Below, piece by piece: positions 7,987 through 17,947 of a stretch of DNA of 64,000 nucleotides. Position numbers and translations under genes: made by a program. The stretch's first letter is position 1; each line of letters begins with the position of its first letter. This DNA comes from Candidatus Parcubacteria bacterium (GTDB taxonomy: Bacteria > Patescibacteriota > Minisyncoccia > UBA6257 > 2-01-FULL-56-20): assembly GCA_003599135.1 (NCBI GenBank), contig QZIV01000007.1, positions 3,944-67,943 on the forward strand, read 5' to 3'. Under the pieces are notes generated by a model, which worked only from the letters and a program-made list of their open reading frames with translations, did no database searches and had not been told where the DNA came from.

Positions 7987-9522
7987 TCAGAGAAGCAGGT
8001 TCTCGAGGAGACTCCTTCCGGTCATTTCTTTTTGTTTTTCGATGCCCATGAGCTCCACGATCGTTGGTGCAACATCGGCGAGGGACCCAATACTCTCTCG
8101 TTTCATCGTTTTCCAGTTCGCGAACTTTCGCCCCTTGAACTCCGGAGCGATAAGGTAAAACGGAACCGGGTTCGGATCATGTTGGCTCTCCGGAAGCCCG
8201 GTTATCGGATTCAAAACTTCCTCCAGGTTTCCGTGATCGGACGTGATCGCGACGATATGCTCCTCGCTCACGGCGATCTTCATCAAGCGGGAAAGTTCGG
8301 AGTCAATAATCTCCGTGGCGCGGATCGCGGCTTGATAGTTGCTCGTGTGCGCCATCGTGTCCGGGTTCGCGTAGTTTACGAGGATAAAATCGAATGCGCG
8401 ACCCTGTAGCGACTGGATAAGCCGGTCGGTGATCGCTCCAGCCATCATTTCCGGATGTTCTTCTGGTTTCGGACCGGAAATCGAGGGAATAAGAACTCGA
8501 TATTCATTTTTGAAAGGCCGTTCCCGGTAGCCGTTGAAAAAATACGTGACGTGAGCGTACTTGTACGTTTCGGCCAGACGAAGCTGTGTTTTTCCGCTGT
8601 CACTCACGACTTTTCCTAGAGGGGTATCTACGTGATCCGGCGGGAACGCAACGGGAGTTTTAAAACCCTCTTCATATTGCGTCATTGTTGCGATGTGGAG
8701 GTTTTCGAATTTTTTCACCGGAAAGTGATTAAAGTCCTTCACGACGAAAGCTTCGCTTAGCTGCCGCATGCTGTCTTCTCTATAGTTAAAAAAGATAAGC
8801 GCGTCGTTGTCTTCTATGGCGGAGTCTTCTTTACAACGGATTGGCGGGAGATATTCCTCAGTGAGTCCCCGGCTATAGGTTTCTTCCATCGGTTGTGAGA
8901 AGTTTTCCATGACGGGAGCGACGGCTTTCGTCAGGTTTTCGTAACATGCCTGGGTAAGTTGCCAATTCGAGTTCCTGTCCATCGCGTAATAGCGGCCAGT
9001 GAGCGTCGCCACCCTGTCTTTCGGTACTTCTTCTAAGAACCCCTTCAGTGATTTCGGAGAACTGTCTTTCCCGTCGCTAAAGAGGTGAAGTCGTATGTTT
9101 TTTACCCCTTCTTTCTTCGCCATTTCGATGAGGGCTCCGAGGTGGTCAATGGAGGCGTGAACATTCCCTTTGCTCAAGAGCCCCGCGAGATTAAGAGAAG
9201 AATCGTGCTTCTTCGCGTGTTCGATAGCTCCGCGAAGCGCCGGGTTCTGGAAAAAACTTCGGTCTCGGATCGCAAGGGTGATTCTCGGATAATATTGGTA
9301 GATAATCTTTCCGGCCCCAAGAGTAAGGTGGCCAACTTCACTGTTTCCGACCTCTCCCCAAGGAAGCCCCACTCCGATGCCGGACGCCTGCAGGCTCGTC
9401 GAAGGGAAATTTTCTTCAATCCACGCAATGGTTTTCGGCTTGACCACATGAATCGGATTGGACTCGTTTTCATCCCCAATACCCCAACCGTCCAATACGA
9501 TGAGAGTCATGCACCGTTTCAT
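7987..9522 (-). CDS. gpmI: 2,3-bisphosphoglycerate-independent phosphoglycerate mutase
   Basis: LIVLDGWG, GNSEVGH, GRYYAMDR, AETYKYAHVTYFFNG, NPDTMAH, TSDHGNLE. Confidence 0.96.
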   Translation of the reverse strand: MKRCMTLIVLDGWGIGDENESNPIHVVKPKTIAWIEENFPSTSLQASGIGVGLPWGEVGNSEVGHLTLGAGKIIYQYYPRITLAIRDRSFFQNPALRGAIEHAKKHDSSLNLAGLLSKGNVHASIDHLGALIEMAKKEGVKNIRLHLFSDGKDSSPKSLKGFLEEVPKDRVATLTGRYYAMDRNSNWQLTQACYENLTKAVAPVMENFSQPMEETYSRGLTEEYLPPIRCKEDSAIEDNDALIFFNYREDSMRQLSEAFVVKDFNHFPVKKFENLHIATMTQYEEGFKTPVAFPPDHVDTPLGKVVSDSGKTQLRLAETYKYAHVTYFFNGYRERPFKNEYRVLIPSISGPKPEEHPEMMAGAITDRLIQSLQGRAFDFILVNYANPDTMAHTSNYQAAIRATEIIDSELSRLMKIAVSEEHIVAITSDHGNLEEVLNPITGLPESQHDPNPVPFYLIAPEFKGRKFANWKTMKRESIGSLADVAPTIVELMGIEKQKEMTGRSLLENLLL

Positions 9523-9551
9523 GCCTTACATTGTAAGGGATACTTGGAATG

Positions 9552-9579
9552 TTGACTAATTGGAACCGTACATTACAAT
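9552..9579 (+). promoter_or_regulatory. Putative rny promoter (divergent from gpmI promoter)
   Basis: TTGACT (9552-9557), 16 nt spacer, TACAAT (9574-9579). Confidence 0.5.
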
Positions 9580-9673
9580 ATGAAAGTAAGTAAAAAGTCA
9601 TCGACATTACACCCCCAAAGAATTCAGAAAACTAATCCTTTTAGTCCAATGAAGAATTTAGGGAATCACTTGT

Positions 9674-11203
9674 ATGGAAACGTTCGGTGGAGCGACGTTA
9701 GTCGCTCTTGGTTTGGTTTTGGGTTTTCTCGTCGGGTACTTCGGACGGCGGTACTGGGCGCTACGGCAAACTAGCTCTTCCGAAAAGCGAGCTCAGACGC
9801 GGCTCGAAGAAGCAGAAGAGCGCGCTCGGAAACTTCTCGTTGATGCGGAAACGAAAGCCGCGGGTATTTTGGCCGATATCAAAAGCGAGGAGCGGGAGCG
9901 TAAGACACAGATAAGCGCTCTTGAAACCCGCCTGCTTCACCGCGAAGAAGCGCTCGAAAAAAAGGAAGTGTCGTTACATGAAGGAGAGCGAGCTCTTCAG
10001 ACCCGAGCTGAAAACCTGAAACGCGAAGAGGAGGAGCTTACGAGATTAAAACAGGAAATCGGAACCCGACTTGAGCGTGCGAGTGGTCTTTCGCGCGAAG
10101 CTGCAAAGGAAGAATTACTCCGGCAAGTACGGGAAGAAGAAAAAGAAGGACTTGCTTCCGTACTCCAGAAAATCGAGAAGGAACGCAGAGACGAAATCGA
10201 GAAAAAAGGCCTCGAGATTATCACCACGGCTCTTCAAAGGTACGCTCGATCGCACGTTTCGGAAATTACAACCACAGTTTTTCACCTCGGCGACGAGGAG
10301 TTGAAGGGGAAGATCATCGGCAGGGAAGGGAGAAACATCAAAGCGCTGGAGCGGGCGACGGGCGTGGAGCTCGTCATCGACGAAACTCCGGATAGTCTCA
10401 TCATTTCTTCGTTCGATCCGTACCGCCGCGAGGTGACGCGCATGGCCCTCGAGAAGCTCATCAAGGACGGACGCATCCAGCCCGCGAAGATCGAAGAGAA
10501 AGTGGAGGAAGCGAAACAGGAACTTAACAAACGAATCGCGGAGATTGGAGAGACCGCCGTACAAGAAGTGGGAGTCTACGACCTTCCGAAGGAGATAGTG
10601 CAGTTTCTCGGCCGGCTCCACTTCCGCACGAGCTACGGGCAGAATGTTCTTACTCATTCGATCGAAATGACCTATCTTGCGGCAATGATTGCGGGAGAGC
10701 TCGGACTGAACGTCGAGGTGGCGAAGAAAGGGGCGCTCCTTCACGACATCGGAAAAGCGATCGATCACGAAGTGGAGGGAACACACGTCGAGCTTGGACG
10801 GAAGCTTCTTATGAAGTATGGCGTGAGCGATCTTGTGGTTCAGGCGATGCAGTCGCATCACGACGATTATCCCTACGCGATTCCGGAAGCCTATATCGTG
10901 ACCGCGGCGGACGCTCTTTCCGCCGCCCGTCCGGGAGCTCGGCGAGGGACCCTTGAGACATATATCAAGCGCTTGGCGGACCTCGAGAAACTCGCGCTCG
11001 ATTTCCAGGGAGTAAAGAACGCCTATGCGATTGCCGCAGGCCGCGAACTTCGGGTGTTCGTGGTTCCGGAGAAAATCGACGACTTCCGAGCCCTTGAACT
11101 TGCTCGAGAAATTGCCAACAAGATTCAATCCGAGTTAAAATACCCCGGCGAGATTAAAGTGAACGTGATCCGCGAAATGCGGGCGGTTGAATACGCCCGG
11201 TAA
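9674..11203 (+). CDS. rny: Ribonuclease Y
   Basis: N-terminal TM, coiled coil, KH (KGKIIGREGRNIK), HD domain (GALLHDIGKA), YPGEIKVNVIRE. Confidence 0.97.
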   Translation: METFGGATLVALGLVLGFLVGYFGRRYWALRQTSSSEKRAQTRLEEAEERARKLLVDAETKAAGILADIKSEERERKTQISALETRLLHREEALEKKEVSLHEGERALQTRAENLKREEEELTRLKQEIGTRLERASGLSREAAKEELLRQVREEEKEGLASVLQKIEKERRDEIEKKGLEIITTALQRYARSHVSEITTTVFHLGDEELKGKIIGREGRNIKALERATGVELVIDETPDSLIISSFDPYRREVTRMALEKLIKDGRIQPAKIEEKVEEAKQELNKRIAEIGETAVQEVGVYDLPKEIVQFLGRLHFRTSYGQNVLTHSIEMTYLAAMIAGELGLNVEVAKKGALLHDIGKAIDHEVEGTHVELGRKLLMKYGVSDLVVQAMQSHHDDYPYAIPEAYIVTAADALSAARPGARRGTLETYIKRLADLEKLALDFQGVKNAYAIAAGRELRVFVVPEKIDDFRALELAREIANKIQSELKYPGEIKVNVIREMRAVEYAR

Positions 11204-11207
11204 CCCA

Positions 11208-12632
11208 ATGTTTCTCAAAGCATCCCGATTTTTTTTGTACCTTGCGCCGCTCTGCGTCGCGGTTGTGCTCGTGGGAACGTTTTTCCCATTCATCGGAGGG
11301 AAATATTTCTTCTTCCGTGTCGCGGTAGAGCTCTCGTTTATTTTCTTCGTTCTGTGGTGGGGATTTGGAGCAGCGGAAGGGGAGGTGTTCCGGAGAATGA
11401 AGTCGCTGTTTTCGAAACCCTTGGTGATCGCGGTTTCAGTGTTCGTTTTGGTTTTCCTTCTCGCGACGGTTTTCGCCGACAATCCTGGCGGGGCCTTCTG
11501 GTCTAATTACGAACGCGGCGACGGAGGGTTTCAGATGATTCACTATTACCTTTTCTTTTTACTCTCCGTCTTTCTTTTCAGGGAGTGGACTCATTGGCGG
11601 CTCCTGTTCCGAGTTTCTCTCGCGGCGGCGGCACTCATGATTCTTTACGGGCTATTTGGATACTTCGCAATCCTTTCGCCGAATCTTTTCTGTTCAGAAT
11701 CTTCCGGACCGCACCCAGTCCAGCAATGCATCAGTTTCATCACGCCGTACCAGGGGCAGGGGGCAACCATTCCCAAAACATTATGGGGGCTTTTCACGCA
11801 AAACCGATTCCAGGGATCTTTGGGAAATCCCGCGTACGTTGCTCCTTATCTAATGTTTTCGATGTTCTACGCTCTTTATCTCTGGGGACGGGAACGAGGA
11901 GGTCGCCAGTTAGTCCGAAACATTCTGTACGGATCTTCTCTTCTGGTATTTCTTTTCTTCTTTTTCATCAGTCAAACTAGAGGCGCCTTCCTCGGCTTGG
12001 GCGCCGCCATATTTTTCTTTTTTATTTATCTTGCTTTGGAGAAAAAAGAATGGCGCATAAAGATCGGAGCGACGGCCGCGATTCTCGTCGTTCTCACCTC
12101 AATCCTCGTTTACAACCGCAAGAGCGATTTCGTTACAAGTCTTCCCGGGGGTCGACTTTTCGATTTGTCGTTTTCGGAACAAACGGTGCAAACTCGTTTG
12201 TGGACGTGGGGATCGGCGTGGAAAGGATTTCTGGAGCGACCGATCTTGGGATGGGGGCCGGAGAATTTTAGCGCGGTTTTCGACAAGCATTTCGATCCAA
12301 GGCATTACGTTCCCGGGCAAAATACGGAAACTTGGTTCGATCGAGCCCACAGCGTCTTCTTCGATTATCTGGCGGAGACGGGTATTTTGGGAGCGCTAAG
12401 CTACCTTGCGATATTCATCATCTTTTACAGAGAATTTTTCCGTTTCCGTGGACGGTTGCTTGGAGAGAGAAACGCCGAGATTTCTCCTTCGCTGCTCCGA
12501 TCTTTTATATTTGCGCTTCCGATTGGTTATCTCGTGCAGGGCCTCGCTCTTTTCGACGTACTTCCCATCTACATCAACTTTTTTCTTTTCCTCGGTTTCG
12601 GCTCGTGGTTATTCTATAAAGAGGAAGCATGA
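11208..12632 (+). CDS. O-antigen ligase/oligosaccharyltransferase-like membrane protein (Wzy_C)
   Basis: Multi-TM; GSLGNPAY, SQTRGAFLG, RPILGWGPENF, FDRAHSVFFDYLAETGILG. Confidence 0.88.
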   Translation: MFLKASRFFLYLAPLCVAVVLVGTFFPFIGGKYFFFRVAVELSFIFFVLWWGFGAAEGEVFRRMKSLFSKPLVIAVSVFVLVFLLATVFADNPGGAFWSNYERGDGGFQMIHYYLFFLLSVFLFREWTHWRLLFRVSLAAAALMILYGLFGYFAILSPNLFCSESSGPHPVQQCISFITPYQGQGATIPKTLWGLFTQNRFQGSLGNPAYVAPYLMFSMFYALYLWGRERGGRQLVRNILYGSSLLVFLFFFFISQTRGAFLGLGAAIFFFFIYLALEKKEWRIKIGATAAILVVLTSILVYNRKSDFVTSLPGGRLFDLSFSEQTVQTRLWTWGSAWKGFLERPILGWGPENFSAVFDKHFDPRHYVPGQNTETWFDRAHSVFFDYLAETGILGALSYLAIFIIFYREFFRFRGRLLGERNAEISPSLLRSFIFALPIGYLVQGLALFDVLPIYINFFLFLGFGSWLFYKEEA

Positions 12633-13261
12633 ACAAGACACTCAAAGGAGTAATCGCTGTTATTCTCTCTCTCATCACGCTGTGCGTGCTTTACTACGGT
12701 TCTTATCTGCCGTTTAAAAAATCACGCGCGTTTATCTCGACACTCCGAGAACTCGGAGCCGCAAAGTCGTTCCAGGAGTTTACGGAGAAGCTTTCGGTTC
12801 CGCTCGACATGCCCTCGCCCATCGGGCAGGAGGAGTTAGTGAGAAATGCGGGGAGCGCAGTTTTAAACATCGTAATCGGGAACGGCGCGAATAACCCCGC
12901 GCTTGTCGCGGCGGCCGTAAAGTACCTCGAAGACTACTACAGCCCCATCATCGAGAGTGGGAGCGGGATGAGTTTTGAGCAGAATCTTTACATCCTCGGT
13001 CTGGTCAATCAGGTTGCGTTCGAGCACACAAGGGATCCTCGGTATTTTGATGCCGCGAAACGCTATTACAGCCAGGGGCTGGCTCTTGGTCCCCGCCGAC
13101 CCCAGTTTTTGTACGGGATATTTGATATATACCGCGTTGAAGGAAACCTTGAGAAGGTCCGTGAAACGGCAAACCAGATCTTGGCGCAGTGGCCAGGGGA
13201 TGAAAAAATCCGGAAGTTTCTGGAAGAATTAGAAAAGGGTCAGGGTCAAAACACCGAGTAG
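12629..13261 (+). CDS. Membrane-anchored TPR-like helical protein (probable split C-terminal partner of the ligase)
   Basis: ATGA overlap with upstream gene; N-terminal TM; [23 protein letters not shown]-like repeat. Confidence 0.65.
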   Translation: MNKTLKGVIAVILSLITLCVLYYGSYLPFKKSRAFISTLRELGAAKSFQEFTEKLSVPLDMPSPIGQEELVRNAGSAVLNIVIGNGANNPALVAAAVKYLEDYYSPIIESGSGMSFEQNLYILGLVNQVAFEHTRDPRYFDAAKRYYSQGLALGPRRPQFLYGIFDIYRVEGNLEKVRETANQILAQWPGDEKIRKFLEELEKGQGQNTE

Positions 13262-13290
13262 GATCGACTTTCTGGAATTATAAGACGCGC

Positions 13291-14310
13291 ATGAAAAAAG
13301 CATTAATCACCGGCATTACTGGCCAAGACGGTTCGTATCTTGCGGAACTTCTCCTTCGGAAGGGGTACGAAGTGCACGGCGTCATGCGTCGGGCGTCAAC
13401 GTTCAACACGGGAAGAATCGATCACATCTACCAGGACCCGCATGAAGCGGGAAGACGCCTCGTGCTCCACTTCGGAGACTTGTCTGATGCGAACACAATC
13501 AGGAAACTTATTTACAAGATTCAGCCCGATGAGATCTACAATCTCGGAGCCCAATCCCACGTCCGCGTATCCTTCGACATTCCGGAATATACGGCGAACA
13601 TCACGGGGATAGGAGTTCTCCGAATTCTCGAGGCGATTAAAGATTACGAGGAACATACGGGTAAGAAAGTTAAATTCTACCAAGCCTCAAGTTCTGAGAT
13701 GTTCGGAGCGGCGCCCCCGCCGCAAAACGAGGAAACCAAGTTCTATCCGCGGAGTCCGTACGGAGTTGCGAAAGTTTTTGCGTTCGACACCGTGCGGAAC
13801 TACCGCGAGGCGTACGGTATTTTTGCGGTGAACGGGATTCTTTTTAACCACGAGTCAGAGCGTCGCGGGCAGACATTCCTCACAAGAAAAGTTACTCGCG
13901 GAGTCGCGCGGATCAAGGCAGGCCTCGACAAGAAAATCTATCTCGGCAACCTCGAAGCCAAAAGAGACTGGGGGTATGCCCCGGAATACGTCGAAGCAAT
14001 GTGGCTCATGCTCCAGCAAACCGAGCCGGATGATTTTGTGGCTGGGACCGGGAAAAGCCACACCGTTCGAGAGTTCGTTGAACTTGCGTTTCGGCACGCG
14101 GGATTGTCAAACTGGGAGGACTACGTTGGAGTGGATCCTCGGTACTATCGCCCGACCGAGGTTCAGCACCTAGTTGCTGATTCTCGGAAAGCGAAGGAGA
14201 AACTCGGCTGGGAAGCGAAAACCGATTTTGAGACGCTCGTAAAAATCATGCTGAAGCATGACCTCGAGGCGCACGGTCTCAAGGAAGACGCAGCGAACAT
14301 TAAGCTTTAA
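13291..14310 (+). CDS. gmd: GDP-mannose 4,6-dehydratase
   Basis: [54 protein letters not shown]. Confidence 0.97.
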   Translation: MKKALITGITGQDGSYLAELLLRKGYEVHGVMRRASTFNTGRIDHIYQDPHEAGRRLVLHFGDLSDANTIRKLIYKIQPDEIYNLGAQSHVRVSFDIPEYTANITGIGVLRILEAIKDYEEHTGKKVKFYQASSSEMFGAAPPPQNEETKFYPRSPYGVAKVFAFDTVRNYREAYGIFAVNGILFNHESERRGQTFLTRKVTRGVARIKAGLDKKIYLGNLEAKRDWGYAPEYVEAMWLMLQQTEPDDFVAGTGKSHTVREFVELAFRHAGLSNWEDYVGVDPRYYRPTEVQHLVADSRKAKEKLGWEAKTDFETLVKIMLKHDLEAHGLKEDAANIKL

Positions 14311-14765
14311 TGGCACGAGAGCGGGTTATCGAGCGATCGCTCTATCGGCGGATTCTTGAAGTGATCCCGATACCCTGTGTCGACATGGTCATCATCCACG
14401 GCACGCGTTTTCTTCTTGGAAAACGGAAGAATAAACCTGCGCGGGGTAAGTGGTGGCTCATCGGAGGCCGAGTGTATAAGGGAGAACTTCTCCGCAACGC
14501 AGTGTCGCGGAAAGCGAAAGAAGAAGCGGGGCTTCGTGACATAAAAATCAAGAAGCTTATTGGCGCGCGGGAAACTATGTTCAAGAACAGCGCTCAGGGA
14601 CCTTCTGCTCACACTATCAATTCGGTATTCTTAGTGGAATCCAGATCGTCGCGCCACCTTCTGCCGAACGACAATCAAAATGTCGAACTTCGGTGGTTCT
14701 CTCGAGTAGACAAAAGATGGCCGCCATACGTAAAAGAAATGATCCGTCTGGCGGGGTTTAGATAG
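14310..14765 (+). CDS. gmm: GDP-mannose mannosyl hydrolase-like NUDIX protein
   Basis: PIPCVD, KRKNKPARGKWWLIGGRV, RKAKEEAG, catalytic-type His (SAHTIN); follows gmd. Confidence 0.75.
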   Translation: MARERVIERSLYRRILEVIPIPCVDMVIIHGTRFLLGKRKNKPARGKWWLIGGRVYKGELLRNAVSRKAKEEAGLRDIKIKKLIGARETMFKNSAQGPSAHTINSVFLVESRSSRHLLPNDNQNVELRWFSRVDKRWPPYVKEMIRLAGFR

Positions 14766-14836
14766 AGATATAAACCCGGATCAGAGAAAATCTATTGATA
14801 GGGAAAGCCTGGTAGTGTTATGTTATTGGGGCATTG

Positions 14837-15760
14837 ATGAACCTTCGGAGCAAAAAGATTCTTGTCACGGGGGGTGCGGGGTTCTTGGGAAAGCATGTTG
14901 TCCGGAAACTCGTCGAACACGGAGTTCCGGAAGGCAATATTGCAGTACCTCAAGCAGAGGATTGCGATCTCCGCTTCGTCGAGAACTCCCGGCGCGCCGT
15001 CCGGGGGAACGACGTAGTCGTCCACCTCGCCGGAGTTACCGGAGGAATCGAATTTCACCGGCAACATCCCGCGAGCGTCTTTTACGATAACTTGATGATG
15101 GGCGTGCAGCTCATGGAAGCGGCGCGGGAAAAAGGAGTCGAAAAATTTGTCACCATCGGGAGCGCAACCGAGTACCCCGAACGAGCACCTCTCCCTTTTA
15201 AGGAGGAGACGCTCTGGGACGGGTTTCCGGAGAAACTGCACGCGCCGTACACAGTTGCGAAGAAGATGCTTCTTGTGCAGGCGCAAGCGTATCGGAAGCA
15301 GTACAACTTCAACGCTACTCATCTGCTTCTCACCAACATGTACGGCCCCGGAGAAAAGATTGAGGAAACCAGTTTTGTAATCCCGATGCTCATCAAGCGC
15401 ATCGGAGAGGCCAAGAAAACAGGAGCAAACTTCATCGACGTATGGGGCACCGGCAGGGCAACGCGTGATTTTCTCTATGTCGAGGACGCAGCGGAGGCCA
15501 TTTTTCTTGCCGCCGAGCGATATGACAAACCCGAACCGGTTAACATCGCCTCAGGGTGGGAGATCTCGATACAAGAGCTCGTGGAGCTCATCGCGAAACT
15601 CATGGGTTTCCAGGGCGAAATTCGATGGGATACCTCGAAGCCCGAAGGCCAGCTCCGCAGGATTCTCGATGCCTCGAAAGCCGAACGGGAATTTGGATTT
15701 CGTGCAAAGGTTGATTTTGAAACCGGATTGCAGAAGACGATTCATTCTCACGGGTATTGA
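14837..15760 (+). CDS. Fcl-like extended SDR, paralog 1 (lacks epimerase Cys/His; probable 4-keto-reductase only)
   Basis: [48 protein letters not shown]. Confidence 0.8.
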   Translation: MNLRSKKILVTGGAGFLGKHVVRKLVEHGVPEGNIAVPQAEDCDLRFVENSRRAVRGNDVVVHLAGVTGGIEFHRQHPASVFYDNLMMGVQLMEAAREKGVEKFVTIGSATEYPERAPLPFKEETLWDGFPEKLHAPYTVAKKMLLVQAQAYRKQYNFNATHLLLTNMYGPGEKIEETSFVIPMLIKRIGEAKKTGANFIDVWGTGRATRDFLYVEDAAEAIFLAAERYDKPEPVNIASGWEISIQELVELIAKLMGFQGEIRWDTSKPEGQLRRILDASKAEREFGFRAKVDFETGLQKTIHSHGY

Positions 15761-16708
<948 letters not shown>

Positions 16709-16717
16709 ACTCTCGTC

Positions 16718-17947
16718 ATGAAAATTGCGATTGTATGCAACAATCTCTCCTTTATTACTGGCGGGCCGCGGCTTGCTTTTGAACTGGCGAGGCATCTTGG
16801 CAAGCTTGGGCACACTGTTGTGATATACGCCCCGGATTCGGGGGGGGCGCATTTCAGCGATGTTCTCGGAGACCTCGACATCCGGGTAGTGGAAGCAAAG
16901 CCAACGGTGTCGAGATCGGGAGGTTTTTTGGGGTGGATTACCGCAAAAATTCGCGAGGAGCGCCGGGACGTGGAGCTCGCGAAGACCATTGCGAAGACAA
17001 TGGATGACGACTTTGATGTCGTGAACGTGCACGATATCGCGTATCGCACCGGCTACTTTTATAAAAAGAGGAATCCGAATGCGAAGGTGATATGGCAAGA
17101 GAACATCCCCCTATTTGTCTACGTGAAGAGAAGAAAAATCTTTCACGATATTGTGGGCGCGCTGTACTGGATTCTGAAGCGATTCATCGACCGGAAATAC
17201 TACGCCGCCATCGACGGCGTTTCCGTACTCGATAAACTTACAAAAAAACTCAGAGAAGATCGTGGCGGGAGGAACGTCCGCATCATCCGCGCCGGGATAG
17301 ATTTCGAGAAATTCTATGCCCCGGTCAAAAGTTTCCGGAGGAAGGCGGCGAAGAAAGAAGTGCATCTGCTTGCAGTGGGGGCGCTGAACGAAGCGCGCCG
17401 GTTCGACAATATCATCGAAGCAGTCCGGCTTCTCAGGGAGTGGGGATATAATGCGCGGGCGCTTATCGTGGCACACAACACGTGGCGCCAGGATAAGTGT
17501 CGGGACGATCTCATGGCACTCATAAAACGCTATCACCTCGAACCTTATGTAGTATTCCGATTCGATGGTATGCCCGAATTGGAACTTGTTGCGGCGTTCC
17601 AGGGAGCCGATATTTTCGTCCAGGCGGTATACGCCCCGCCGCCATCACACCAAGGCTGGGGGCTCGTGAACTTCGAGGCGATGTCGGCAGGGGTGCCGGT
17701 TGTCCTCATTAAGTCGTCTACCGCGGCGGAAGTGCTTGCGGATGGGGAAAATGTTTTTCTCTTCGAGCCTCTCCACCCCGAGCAGATCGCTGAGAAGATC
17801 AAGTTTCTGGTTGATTACCCCGAGATCTACGACAGCGCAGCGCGGACGGGTCAGGCTTTCGTGCGGGACAATTTGTCCTGGAGGAAGTTTGCCGAGGAGA
17901 TGCTCAGCTTTTTCGAGGATATTCGGCGTTTGCCGGAGAGGCGATAG
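16718..17947 (+). CDS. Glycosyltransferase family 4
   Basis: GGPR N-terminal loop; QGWGLVNFEAMSAGVPVV motif. Confidence 0.9.
   Translation: MKIAIVCNNLSFITGGPRLAFELARHLGKLGHTVVIYAPDSGGAHFSDVLGDLDIRVVEAKPTVSRSGGFLGWITAKIREERRDVELAKTIAKTMDDDFDVVNVHDIAYRTGYFYKKRNPNAKVIWQENIPLFVYVKRRKIFHDIVGALYWILKRFIDRKYYAAIDGVSVLDKLTKKLREDRGGRNVRIIRAGIDFEKFYAPVKSFRRKAAKKEVHLLAVGALNEARRFDNIIEAVRLLREWGYNARALIVAHNTWRQDKCRDDLMALIKRYHLEPYVVFRFDGMPELELVAAFQGADIFVQAVYAPPPSHQGWGLVNFEAMSAGVPVVLIKSSTAAEVLADGENVFLFEPLHPEQIAEKIKFLVDYPEIYDSAARTGQAFVRDNLSWRKFAEEMLSFFEDIRRLPERR

Noticed and set aside
9580-9774. 64-aa ORF upstream of and overlapping rny
   Set aside because: Its ATG abuts the -10 box (upstream of the likely TSS) and it overlaps rny out of frame
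17904-17947. Convergent 3' overlaps (GT4/YfhO 44 bp; GT2/wzx 47 bp at 49821-49867) as antisense regulation
   Set aside because: Short tail overlaps are common in compact genomes; no further support
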